NCBI GenBank assembly: GCA_963716745.1
Contig: OY970320.1
Span: 3,072,001-3,136,000, forward strand
Direction of reading: 5' to 3'
DNA: 64,000 nucleotides
Source of the DNA: an uncultured Gemmatimonadaceae bacterium
GTDB lineage: Bacteria > Gemmatimonadota > Gemmatimonadetes > Gemmatimonadales > Gemmatimonadaceae
Shown: positions 30,065 to 40,568 of the stretch, in pieces
How the letters are laid out: the number at the start of each line of letters is the position of its first letter
Position numbering within the stretch: position 1 is the first letter of the stretch
Notes under the pieces: model-generated
What the model was told of the DNA's origin: nothing
Seen by the model: only the letters and a program-made list of their open reading frames with translations
Databases searched by the model: none
Program-made: the position numbers and the translations under genes

Positions 30065-31321
30065 GACGCGCGCTGGTCCTCGCGGCGCTGCTCGCGTGGG
30101 CGCCGGCCTCCGCGCGCGCGCAACATCTGCTCGTGCCGATGGACGATGCGCAGTCGAACCATCTCAAGGCGTACGGCCTCACGTACAACGCGCTGCACGA
30201 CGGCGCGAAGGGTGAGTGGCTGCTCAATTATCGCGGCGGCAGTTTCCTCCTGCCCGACACGCCAGAGCTTCGCCGGCGCGCGGCGCTCGATGGGATCACC
30301 GTGTCGCCCACCGGCGACGCCGCGCTCGCGGCGATCCGCGCCGAGATGGCGGGCGGCAACATGGAGGCCGTACCACTCGAGCGCGCGCCCAAGATCGCGA
30401 TCTACACGGCGCCGTACTCCGCGCCGTGGGACGACGCGGTGACGCTCGCGCTGCGCTACGCCGGCATCCCGTATGACACCGTGTGGGACGGCAGCGTGCT
30501 GCACGGCGCACTTCAGAAGTACGACTGGCTGCATCTCTTCCACGAGGACTTCACCGGGCAGCTCGGGAAGTTCTACATCTCCGTATCGCGGCGCGCCGTG
30601 GTTCCAGGAGCAGGAGGAGGCGAATCTCGCCGAGGCGCGCGCGAACGGATTCCCGAACGTTCCCGCGCTCAAGAAGGCAGTGGCCGAGCGTATCCGCCAG
30701 TACGTGGAGAACGGTGGCTTCCTGTTCGCGATGTGCGGCGCCACGGAGACGCTCGAGCTCGCGATCGCCGGCGCGAACGTGGACATCGCGGCATCCTACG
30801 CCGATGGCACGCCCGTCGCGCCCGACGCCGATGCGCGCATGCAGTGGGACCGGAGCTTCGCCTTCCGCGATGCGCACGTGGAGACGGCCGAGTTCGTGAA
30901 TTCGATGAGCGACATCGACGGCCACCAGGCCAACGTGCCCAGCCGCCGCCAGCCGCTCGGCTCATTCACGCTCTTCGCGTTCAGCGCCAAGTTCGATCCG
31001 GTGGCGAGCATGCTCGTGCAGGATCACCGCAGCGTGATCCCGGATTTTTATGGTGTCACGACCAGTTTCTTGAGGAGAACGCTGAAGCCCGGCGTCACGA
31101 TCCTCGCGGAAGAACCCGGCGCGCCATGGGTGAAGTACATCCACGGTGACTATGGGAAGGGAAGCTGGACCTTCCTGGGCGGCCACGACCCCGAGGATCC
31201 GCAGCATGCGATCGGCAATCCGCCCACCGATCTGTCACTGCACCCGAATTCTCCGGGCTACCGCTTGATCCTGAATAACGTGCTGTTCCCGGCGGCGAAG
31301 CGGAAACCGCTCAAGACGTGA
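30061..31321 (+). CDS. Conserved exported protein (family often labelled 'asparagine synthetase B'; GATase-like fold), apparent frameshift near 30582
   Basis: LLVPMD..Q.NHLKAYG, WLLNYRGGSF, WDDAVTLAL.YA.IPY, GGFLFAMC, GGHDPED, NSPGYRLILNNVLFPAA. Confidence 0.75.
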
Positions 31322-33846
31322 CGCCCGCGCGCGCGCCGGCTGCACCGCCGGGCGAAGAGACGCGGATCCGTCCCGCCGCGGCCGCCGCGATGCGTGCCGC
31401 GATCGCACTCGCCGGGGGCCGCGAGGTCTGTTTCGTGGGAACGATCGGCGATGATGGCGCCATCGCGACCGCGCGCGTAGTGGCGCGCGGCGACGTGAGC
31501 AGCGTGCTCGCGCTGCCGGGCTTCGCATCGCGCGGCGAGATGCTCGTGCACAACCATCCGAGCGGCGAACTCACGCCGAGCGATGCCGATCTCTCGGTCG
31601 CTTCGCGAATCCACGACGATGGCGTGGGCTTCGCGATCATCGACAACGCGGCCAAGCGCATGTACGTCGTGGTCGAGGTGCCGCGTGACCGGGCCGTCGC
31701 GCGTCTCGATCCGCGCGCCGTGGGCGATGCGCTCGGCGCTGGCGGTCCGATCGCCGCGCACCTCGCGATGTGGGAGGACCGTCCGAGCCAGCGAGCGATG
31801 GCAGAGCGCATCGCCAAGCTCTACAACGGCGGCGGCATTGCGCTCTTCGAAGCCGGCACCGGGGTGGGGAAGTCCCTCGGCTATCTCGTGCCGGCGCTGC
31901 GCTGGTCGGCCGCCAACGGCGAACGCACGATCGTGAGCACGAACACGATCAACTTGCAGGAGCAGCTGGTGGGGAAGGACCTGCCGTTCTTGCGCGACGC
32001 GCTCGGCGACCAGCCGGTGCGGTTCGCGCTGCTCAAGGGCTGGCACAACTACCTGTGCCTGCAGCGGCTGGAGCAGGCGGTGGCCGCGCCCGCGGGGATG
32101 TTCGACGACGGCCGCCGCGACGAGATCGACGGGCTGCGCGCATGGGCCGAGCGCACCGCCGATGGCTCGCTCAGCGATCTGCCGGTGGCGCCGCGCCCCG
32201 AGGCGTGGGATGAGGTGGCGGCGGAATCCGATCTCTGCGGGCGGCTCAAGTGCCCGCACTTCGAGAAGTGCTTCCTGTTCAAGGCGCGCAGAGTCGCCGC
32301 GCAGGCGGATGTGGTGGTGGTGAACCATCACCTGTTGCTCGCGGATCTCGCCGTGCGGCGCGCGCAGCAGAATTGGGGCGACGCGGCGGTGCTTCCCGCA
32401 TACACGCGACTCGTGATCGACGAAGGGCATCATCTCGAGGACGCAGCGGTCTCGCATCTCGGGAGCACCGTCACGCGCCGCGCGCTCGAGCGGCTCCTCG
32501 CGCGCCTCGAGCGGCGAGGCAAGGGCCTGCTCTCCGCGCTCACCCAGCGGCTCAGCGCACACGACGATCTCTTGAGCACCGCCAGCCTCGATCTCGTTCA
32601 CGCGCGCCTCGCACCCGCGGTGCACGCCGCGCGCGATAAAGGCGCGCTGCTCTTCGATCTTCTCGCGACGGTGCTCGCCGAGAGCGGCCAGTCGCCGCTA
32701 CGGCTCACGGCGGATTTCGCGTCGCATCCCGCGTGGCGCGCGGGGCTCGACGTGGCGCTCACCGATCTCCTGGGCGAGATCGCGCTGCTCCGCGAGGGCC
32801 TTCGCCTCGTGCGTGAACGTCTCGAGACCGACGAGCGCCGCGCGGAAGCGGTCGCGCCGCTGCTCGCCGAGATGCGCGCGGTCACGCGCCGCCTCGAAGG
32901 GATCGGCGACGGCCTCACGCGCGCACTGCGCCCGCCTCCCGACGCCGACCGCGGCACGGTGCGCTGGCTCGAGGCGCGAGGCAAGGAGAAGAACGTCGCG
33001 GCCGTCGCCGTTCCGCTCGACGTCGCGCCGATCCTGCGCGAGGATCTCTTCCTGAAAGTGGAGACCACGATCATCACGAGTGCGACGCTCACGAGCGAAG
33101 GCGAATTCGGATTCCTTCGCCAGCGGCTCGGGCTCGACCAACCCGAGGTCGAGCCCGAGACGGCGATCTTCCCATCGCCCTTCGATTATGCCGAGCAGTC
33201 CGTGCTCGTGGTGCCGTCCGATGTTCCCGCACCGAATGTGGACGGTCCCGCGCACCGCGCGACTGTCGCCACGATCGTGCGCGAACTCGCCGAAGCGAGC
33301 GATGGCGGCTTGTTCGCGCTCTTCACGAGCCACGCCGAAGTGCGCGCCGTCGCGGCGCTGCTCCGCGCCACGGGCGCGGACGCGCGATGGCCGCTGCTTG
33401 TGCACGGCGACGAATCGCGCGATACCCTCCTGCGCCGATTCCGCGAATCGGGGCGTGCGATGCTGCTCGGCACGTCGAGCTTCTGGGAAGGCGTGGATGT
33501 TGCCGGCGAAGCGCTGCGCGCTCTGCTCATCGCGAAGCTGCCCTTCCGCGTGCCGAGCGAGCCGCTCACCGCCGCGCACTGCGAAGCGATCTCCCTCGCG
33601 GGCGGCGATCCGTTCGCCGAATACATGTTGCCGCACGCGACGCTGAGACTCAAGCAGGGCTTCGGCCGTCTCATTCGCAGCACGACCGACCGCGGTGCCA
33701 TCGTTCTCGCCGATCCACGCGTACTGTCCAAGAGCTACGGCGCGGCACTGCTCGATGCGCTGCCGCCCGCGCGCCGGATCGTGGCATCGTGGGCCGAGTC
33801 GCGCACCGCACTCCAGCGCTTCTACCTCGAGGGACGCCGCACATGA
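31318..33846 (+). CDS. DinG/YoaA-family helicase with N-terminal JAB/MPN domain
   Basis: GREV...HNHPSG.LTPSDAD; EAGTGVGKS; four Fe-S Cys; IDEGH; SATL; SFWEGVD; KQGFGRLIR. Confidence 0.92.
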   Translation: MTPARAPAAPPGEETRIRPAAAAAMRAAIALAGGREVCFVGTIGDDGAIATARVVARGDVSSVLALPGFASRGEMLVHNHPSGELTPSDADLSVASRIHDDGVGFAIIDNAAKRMYVVVEVPRDRAVARLDPRAVGDALGAGGPIAAHLAMWEDRPSQRAMAERIAKLYNGGGIALFEAGTGVGKSLGYLVPALRWSAANGERTIVSTNTINLQEQLVGKDLPFLRDALGDQPVRFALLKGWHNYLCLQRLEQAVAAPAGMFDDGRRDEIDGLRAWAERTADGSLSDLPVAPRPEAWDEVAAESDLCGRLKCPHFEKCFLFKARRVAAQADVVVVNHHLLLADLAVRRAQQNWGDAAVLPAYTRLVIDEGHHLEDAAVSHLGSTVTRRALERLLARLERRGKGLLSALTQRLSAHDDLLSTASLDLVHARLAPAVHAARDKGALLFDLLATVLAESGQSPLRLTADFASHPAWRAGLDVALTDLLGEIALLREGLRLVRERLETDERRAEAVAPLLAEMRAVTRRLEGIGDGLTRALRPPPDADRGTVRWLEARGKEKNVAAVAVPLDVAPILREDLFLKVETTIITSATLTSEGEFGFLRQRLGLDQPEVEPETAIFPSPFDYAEQSVLVVPSDVPAPNVDGPAHRATVATIVRELAEASDGGLFALFTSHAEVRAVAALLRATGADARWPLLVHGDESRDTLLRRFRESGRAMLLGTSSFWEGVDVAGEALRALLIAKLPFRVPSEPLTAAHCEAISLAGGDPFAEYMLPHATLRLKQGFGRLIRSTTDRGAIVLADPRVLSKSYGAALLDALPPARRIVASWAESRTALQRFYLEGRRT

Positions 33847-34457
33847 AGAGACCCGGCAAGATCGTCTGCGTGGGACGCAACTACCTGGCGCACGCGCAGG
33901 AGCTGGGCAACACGATGCCGAAGGAGCCGCTGCTCTTCCTCAAGCCGCCGTCGAGCGTGATCGGGAACGGCGGCACGATCCTCCTGCCGCCGCAGTCGCA
34001 GCAAGTGGAGTACGAAGGGGAGATCGGCATCGTGATCGGCCGCGCGCTGCATCACGCGAAGGAGAGCGAGGTGGCGCAGGCGATCGGGGGCATCATTGCG
34101 GTGAACGACGTCACGGCGCGCGACCTGCAGAACAAGGACGGGCAGTGGACCCGCGCGAAGGGCTTCGACACGTTCTGCGCGCTGGGCGAGCCGAAAGCGC
34201 CGCCCGCCGACCTGTCCCAAATCGAGGTCGTCACGCGCGTGAATGGCGGCGAGCGCCAGAGGGCCAAAGCGGGCGAAATGGCCTTCGCGATTCCCGTGCT
34301 GCTCGCGTACATTTCAAGTGTCATGACCCTCGAGCCGGGGGATGTCGTTGCCACGGGCACTCCGGAAGGAGTGGGACCACTCCAGCCGGGCGACCTGGTG
34401 GAAGTGAGCATCACTGGCCTGAGCGTCGTGAAGAACCCGGTGGCGCGCGCGCCCTAG
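33843..34457 (+). CDS. Fumarylacetoacetate hydrolase family protein
   Basis: KIVCVGRNY..HA.E, FLKPPS, YEGE, NDVTARD, RAKGFDTF, TGTPEGVG. Confidence 0.95.
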   Translation: MKRPGKIVCVGRNYLAHAQELGNTMPKEPLLFLKPPSSVIGNGGTILLPPQSQQVEYEGEIGIVIGRALHHAKESEVAQAIGGIIAVNDVTARDLQNKDGQWTRAKGFDTFCALGEPKAPPADLSQIEVVTRVNGGERQRAKAGEMAFAIPVLLAYISSVMTLEPGDVVATGTPEGVGPLQPGDLVEVSITGLSVVKNPVARAP

Positions 34458-34490
34458 GGTCGCCCGCCCACCACATCCAAGCTGGTCCGC

Positions 34491-35676
34491 ATGCCGAGAC
34501 TGTCCGCGCGTTTCAAGTCGCTGCCCGAGTATCCGCTCGCGGGGATCCCGCAGAAGAAGCGGGAATTGCTCGCGCGCGGCGTGGACGTGATCGATCTCGG
34601 CGCGGGCGATGCGGACCTCGCGCCGCCGCCCGCCGCGGTCGCGGCGCTCGCGCGCGCGGGGAGCACACCCGCGATGAGCCGCTACGGATTCGGACTCGGC
34701 CTCCCGGCGTATCGCGAAGCCGTCGCAGCGTGGATGTCGAAGCGATTCCAGCTGCGCTTCGATCCGATGAGCGAGATCGTGCCGCTCATCGGCAGCAAGG
34801 AAGGGCTCGCGCATCTCGGCGTTCGGCTACCTCGAGCGCGGCGACGTCGCGGTGATCCCCGAGCCCGGCTACCTCGCGTATCTCGGCGGCACGCTGCTCG
34901 CGGAGGCGACGCCGCATCTCGTGCCGCTGCGGCCGCACTCGGATTTCCTCATCGAGCTGGACGAGATCCCGCGCGACGTGCTGAAAAGAACGCGCATGCT
35001 CTACTTGAACTATCCGAACAATCCGACGGCCGCCGTCGCGCCGCGCGATTATCTCGAGCGCACCGTCGCGCGCTGCCGGGAACTCGACATCCTCCTGGTG
35101 TATGACAACGCGTACAGCGAGCTCGCGTTCGACGGCTACGTGCCGCCGAGCATCTTCGAGATCGAGGGCGCGGGCGAGATCGCGATCGAATTCCACTCCC
35201 TCTCGAAGACGTACAACATGACGGGCTGGCGCTGCGGCTGGGCGGCCGCGCGCGCCCCGCTCGCCGCGACGCTCGCGAAGATCAAGACCTTCGTCGACAC
35301 GGGAGCGTTCATGGCGGTGCAGTCGGCGGGCGTGGCGGCGCTCGAGAGCTGGGAGAGTTTCCTCCCGGGGAACCTCGCAGTGTTCCGTGAGCGGCGCGAC
35401 GCCGCGGTCGCGGCCTTCCGCGCCGCGGGTTTCGCCTGCGAGACGCCGCGCGCCACGATGTACCTGTGGATCCCGCTGCCCGAGGGCCTGCCGAGCGCCG
35501 CGTTCGCGGACCGGCTGCTGAATGACGAAGGCGTCGTTGTGATGCCCGGCTCGGCGTTCGGTGCGGGCGGAGAAGGATTCTTCCGCGTGTCGTTCATCGT
35601 GCCGCCGGCGCGGTTGAGCGAGGCCGCGGCGCGCGCGGGCCGCGTGCTCGCGTCGCTCGGAGCGGGCGTCGGGTGA
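34491..35676 (+). CDS. Class I/II PLP aminotransferase, LL-diaminopimelate aminotransferase-like (apparent frameshift near 34818)
   Basis: LIGSKEGLAHL, LNYPNNPT, DNAY, SLSKTYNMTGWRCG. Confidence 0.88.
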
Positions 35677-36549
35677 AGCAGAACGAGAAGGAACGCGACG
35701 CGGCGTGGTTCGCGTCCGTCGCCCTGCACATCGTGCTGGGCTTGGCGATCCTGTGGGTATTGTCGCTGCCCATGCCGCTCGAGCAATGGCTGGTGCAGCA
35801 TCACGTTGGCCCGCAGCAGGAGAGCGTCCGCTACATCGCCACCGCGCAGCAGACCACCGCCGCGCCGCACGCGGGCGGGAACGGCAAGACGCACGTCGGC
35901 CCGGTCATTCCGCCGAAGAAGCTCGTCGCGCCGATCACGATCCCGGTGGGCATTCCCGACACGAAGCCGGGGGCGAAGCCTGTGCCCGAGGCAGCGACGG
36001 GGCCGGTGATCAGCGCGGGCGGCGCGGGACCGGGGATCATGCCGATGCTCACCGACGCGCGCATTCGGCTGCCGCCCGGCGCCGTGAACGTCGCGCCGCT
36101 CAGCGACAGCGCGCGATTCGACAGCGCGTTCCACGAATCCGTGCAGCATTTGCAGGATCTCGCGAAGAAGCAGGCGGGCGCGATCAACGGCGTGTTCAGT
36201 GCCGGCGGCAAGAAGTACGGGCTCGACTCGAACAACATCTGACATTGCCGACTACAAGATCCCCGCGGCGCTGCTCGCGCTATTGCCGATCCATCCGAGC
36301 GGACCGGCGTCGCAGGAGTACACGACGTCGGGCCGTCAGATCGCGGACGTGAATTATCAGGCGGGGCGCGCGCTGGATGCGGAAGATTTCAAGACTGCCG
36401 TGAAGCGCATCCGGCAGCGGAAGGAGCGCGAGAAGCGCGACAAGGAGATCGCGGCGGGCAAGACGCCGACGACCGCGGTGGATGCGCCCGTGGAGACGCC
36501 GGTGCACAAGAAGCCGATGGTGGATCCGATCGCGCTGACGCCTCCTTAA
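35673..36549 (+). CDS. Hypothetical membrane-anchored protein (apparent frameshift near 36240)
   Basis: SVALHIV N-terminal TM (TonB-like anchor); continues KYGLDSNNI-x-IADYKIPAALLALLP in the next frame. Confidence 0.6.
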
Positions 36550-36577
36550 CTACGCGGGAAGCGGGAAGCGGGACGCG

Positions 36578-38026
36578 CTACTGCAAGAACTTTACGGCGG
36601 CGTCCAGGCGGGACAGGCTCAAATCGCGGCCCATGGCCATCAAGACTTCGAAGATCCCCGGACTCACCGACGTGCCCGTGAGGGCCACGCGCAGCGGCTG
36701 GAAGATCTTGCCGCCCGCGACGCCGCGCTGCTCGGCGAGGGCGCGCAGACTCTCCTCCATAGACTCGGCAGTCCAGTTGGGGAGCGCGGCGAGTGAAGCG
36801 CGCACCGCGGCGAGCAACTCCGCCGAGGAGGGCCGGTCCTTCCACTGCTTTGCCACGGCGTCCTCTTCGTAGGCGATCGTGCCCGCGAAGTAGGGAAGGG
36901 CTTGGCGCACCACGTCGTGCAGCAGTCGCGCGCGCACCTTCAGGAGGTCGAGGAGCGCGAGATACCAATCGCGGCGCGCGGCGAGCTCGGCGGCCGTCGT
37001 GACGCCTGCGGCGATGAGCGCCGGCGAAATGCGCGGCTCCAGGTCTGCGGCGCTCGTGCGGCTCAAGTGCTGTCCGTTCATCCACTCGAGCTTCTTCGTG
37101 TCGAACACGGCGGCCTTCTTCTGCAGGCCGTCGAGATCGAACAGCTGGACCATCTCGTCGAGCGACATCACCTCGCGGTCGCCGCCCGGGCTCCAGCCCA
37201 TGAGCGCGAGGAAATTCACCATCGCGCTCGCGAGGATGCCTTCGTTCTGATAGTCGCCCACCGCGGTGGCGCCATGGCGCTTGCTGAGTTTCTTGCCGTC
37301 CATGCCGTGGATCATCGGCACGTGCGCGAAGCGCGGCGGCTCGTGGCCGAGTGCGCGATAGAGCAGGATCTGCTTCGGCGTGTTCGAGATGTGATCGTCG
37401 CCGCGCATGACGAGCGTGATCCTCATCTCGATGTCATCGCTCACCACGGCCAGGTTGTAGATCGGCGTCCCGTCGGAGCGCAGGATGACGAAATCCTCGA
37501 TGTCCTTGTTCGGGAAGGTGATCGTCTCGTGCACCGCGTCGTTCCACGACGTTTCGCCGTGCACATCGGGGATCTTGAAGCGGATCACGAACGGCATGTT
37601 CGCCGCGACGCGCTTGGCGACCTCGGCGGCGTCGAGCTTGAGGCAGCGCCGGTCGTACTTGAACGCCTCGGCGCCCGAGTGCGCCGCTTTGCGCATTGCC
37701 TCGAGCTCGGCGGCGGTGCAAAAGCAGCGGTACGCCGCGCCGGAGGCGAGCATCGCGTTCGCATCGCGCTGATGGCGCGCGAGACCGAGGCCCTGATACA
37801 CGGGCTCTTCGTCCCAGTTGAGGCCGAGCCAGTTGAGCCCATCGAAGATCGCGCGCGTGCTCTCGTCGGTGGAGCGCGCCTTGTCGGTGTCCTCGATGCG
37901 CAGCAGGAACGTGCCGCCCATCTTGCGCGCGTAGAGCCAATTGAACAGCGCCGTTCGCGCGCCCCCGACATGCAGGTAGCCCGTGGGCGAGGGGGCGAAT
38001 CGAACTCGCAAGTTTGGATCGGTCAC
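36578..38026 (-). CDS. gltX: Glutamate--tRNA ligase
   Basis: RVRFAPSPTGYLHVGG, LRIEDTD, KKLSKRHG; GTG start at 38026. Confidence 0.97.
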   Translation of the reverse strand: MTDPNLRVRFAPSPTGYLHVGGARTALFNWLYARKMGGTFLLRIEDTDKARSTDESTRAIFDGLNWLGLNWDEEPVYQGLGLARHQRDANAMLASGAAYRCFCTAAELEAMRKAAHSGAEAFKYDRRCLKLDAAEVAKRVAANMPFVIRFKIPDVHGETSWNDAVHETITFPNKDIEDFVILRSDGTPIYNLAVVSDDIEMRITLVMRGDDHISNTPKQILLYRALGHEPPRFAHVPMIHGMDGKKLSKRHGATAVGDYQNEGILASAMVNFLALMGWSPGGDREVMSLDEMVQLFDLDGLQKKAAVFDTKKLEWMNGQHLSRTSAADLEPRISPALIAAGVTTAAELAARRDWYLALLDLLKVRARLLHDVVRQALPYFAGTIAYEEDAVAKQWKDRPSSAELLAAVRASLAALPNWTAESMEESLRALAEQRGVAGGKIFQPLRVALTGTSVSPGIFEVLMAMGRDLSLSRLDAAVKFLQ

Positions 38027-38090
38027 TGTCTCATCGTGGCTTGGAGTGAGCCAACAACTTAACGCGTGCGTGGGCTCAGCGCGCAGGGCC

Positions 38091-38218
38091 GGCGGGCGGC
38101 GGGCTCCGCGCCGGCGGCGGACAGCTCGAACCGCTTCGAGCCTCGCGCACACTGCGCGCGAGTCTCTCGCTTCTCGCTGACGCCGCCTCTGCGGAGCCCG
38201 CCGCCCGCCTTGGGATCG
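38091..38218 (-). repeat. Structured intergenic repeat copy A (divergent)
   Basis: Core AGCGAGAGACTCGCG..CGCGAGGCTCGAAGCGG on minus strand; perfect 19-bp outer stem 38091-38109/38191-38209. Confidence 0.9.
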
Positions 38219-38371
38219 CCGCGCTCTGAATGCGCGCGGTCGATGCGCTCGCGCTGCCGGCGGCGTGCGCCGTGACCGATCCATGCGCGCTCGCTGCCCC
38301 CGTCGCCGCGACGGGCTCGCCGCTCACTTCCCGCACGGGCATGATGCGGTCGGGCCGCGGGTGGTCGAACG

Positions 38372-38506
38372 CGATCGACGTCAAGGAGCGGGGTGCCGGG
38401 GGCGTAGCCGCGATAGCGAAAAGCGAGAGACTCGCGGCAGTATCGCGAGGCTCGAAGCGGTTTGAGCGAAAGCGGCCAAGCCCCCGGCGGCCCCGCGACC
38501 GGCGGC
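38372..38506 (+). repeat. Structured intergenic repeat copy B
   Basis: GCCGCGATAGCGAAAAGCGAGAGACTCGCG..CGCGAGGCTCGAAGCGGTTTGAGCGAAAGCGGC. Confidence 0.95.
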
Positions 38507-38603
38507 ACAACGATCTCGGCCTTGAACGCCGAATGACCCAACCCGCATTCTTATAGCGCGGGCGCGCTATCGCGCGTCCGCGAACTCATGGCGGAGCGAC
38601 CGC

Positions 38604-40557
38604 ATGGCTCAGTACGTGCGACTCACGAAACCAATGGTGCGCGTGAACGGGGAACTACGCGAAGCCACGTGGGACGAGGCGCTCGACCGCGCCGCGAACG
38701 GCTTCCGCACTATCCGCGACCGCGACGGCGGCGATGCGCTCGGGATCTTCTCGTGCTCCAAGGCGAGCAACGAGATGAATTTCGTCGCGCAGAAACTCGC
38801 CCGCATCGCGTTCGGCACGCACAACATCGACAGCTGCAACCGAACGTGACACGCACCTAGCGTCGTCGGTCTGGCGACGGTGTTCGGGGCAGGCGGAGGC
38901 ACGAGCTCCTACCGCGAGGCGGAGGAGACGGACGTGATCTTCCTCTGGGGCGCGAATCCCCGGGAGAATCACCCCATCTTCTTCCACCACGTGCTGAAGG
39001 GCGTGCACAATGGCGCGCGCCTGTACGCCATGGATCCGCGCCGCACCTCTACCGCCGCGTGGGCGCACCGCTGGCTCGGCCTGAACGTGGGCAGCGATGT
39101 CGCGCTCGCCAACGCCATGGGTCGCGTGATCATCCACGAGGGACTCGCGAACACCAAGTTCATCGAGCACGCCACTTCCGGCTTCGAGGCGTATCGCAAG
39201 CGCGTCGAGTCGTACACGCTGGAGCGCGCCGAGAAGCTCACGGGCGTTCCGGCCGTCGACATCCGCGACGCCGCGCTCGCCTACGCGCGCGCCGACCGCG
39301 CGATGATCTGCTGGACGCTCGGCATCACGGAGCACCACAATGCCGTCGACAACGTGCGCTCGCTCATCAACCTCGCGCTGCTCACCGGTCATGTCGGCCG
39401 CTACGGCTCTGGGCTCAATCCGCTGCGCGGGCAGAACAACGTGCAGGGCGGGGGCGACATGGGCGCGATCCCAAACCGCCTGCCGGGCTTCCAGGACATC
39501 CTCGATCCCGCGGTGCGCGAGCGGATCGACAAGATGTGGAACATCAAGATGAAGCCCACGATCGGCATGCACATGACGCAGATGTTCGAGGCGATGCACA
39601 AGAAGAAGCTCAAAGGCCTTTATGTGATCGGCGAGAATCCCGCGCAGAGCGAGGCCGATCAGCATCTCGCGCATGAATGTCTCGAGGGACTCGAGTTGCT
39701 GGTCGCCCAGGACATCTTCCTCACGCGCACCGCGCAGATGGCGCACGTGGTGTTCCCCGCGGCGTCCAGCTGGTGCGAGTCGGAAGGCACGGTCACGAAC
39801 TCCGAGCGCCGCGTGCAGCGCGTGCGCAAAGCGCTCGAGCCGCCCGGCGATGCGCGCGACGACATGTGGATCATCGCGCAGATCGCCAAACGGCTCGGCC
39901 ACGATTGGGGCAGCCGACGGGCGAGGGCGTGTGGAACGAAGTGCGGGCGGTGGCGCCCGAGATGTTCGGCGGCATGTCCTACGCGCGCCTGGAGGCGGAG
40001 CACGGACTGCAGTGGCCGTGCGCGAGCGAATCGGATCCCGGCGCGCAGTTCCTGCATGCGCGGCTGTGGGCCGAGCCGATGACCACGGCGCGCGCTCCCT
40101 TCGCCGCGCTGGACGACGAGCCGCCGGTGGAGATGCCCGACGACGAGTATCCGTTCCAGCTCACAACGGGGCGCCGCCTCGAGTCGTATAACACCGGCGT
40201 GCAGACGGGCGGCTACGATTCACCGCTCCATCGCGGAGAATCGCTCGATCTCTCGCCCGAGGATGCGAAACGGCTTCGTCTCGGAGACGGCGATGCCGTG
40301 CGCATCACCTCGCGGCGCGGCAGCGTCGTGGCGCCGGCGCGCATCTCGCCGGCGATGCGCCCCGGTCTCGTCTTCATGACACTGCATTTCCAGGACGACG
40401 TCCGCGTGAACCTGCTCACGATCGATGCGACGGATCCGCAGTCCGGCACCGCCGAGTTCAAGGCATGCGCGGTGAAGCTGGAACCGGTGAGGAAGAAGAG
40501 CGCTGCGAAGGCATCCGCCAAGGCGAAGAAGGAAGAAGAGCCACCACCCGCCGCTAG
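38604..40557 (+). CDS. Selenocysteine-containing formate dehydrogenase catalytic (Mo/W-bisPGD) subunit lacking the N-terminal Fe-S domain; apparent frameshifts near 39910 and 40540
   Basis: NIDSCNRT-TGA-HAPSVVGL in frame; LRGQNNVQG; GTVTNSERRVQ; LTTGR; AEFKACAV. Confidence 0.9.
38847..38883 (+). promoter_or_regulatory. In-frame UGA (Sec) and bacterial SECIS element
   Basis: TGA 38847-49; 11 nt later stem CGTCGTC/GGCGACG with loop GGTCT, as in the E. coli fdhF SECIS. Confidence 0.88.
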
Positions 40558-40568
40558 AGGAGCACGCA

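Noticed and set aside
28570..31149. TPR fused to the GATase-like protein
   Set aside because: An indel at ~29977 removes the TPR stop; the next gene has its own GTG start and signal peptide at 30061
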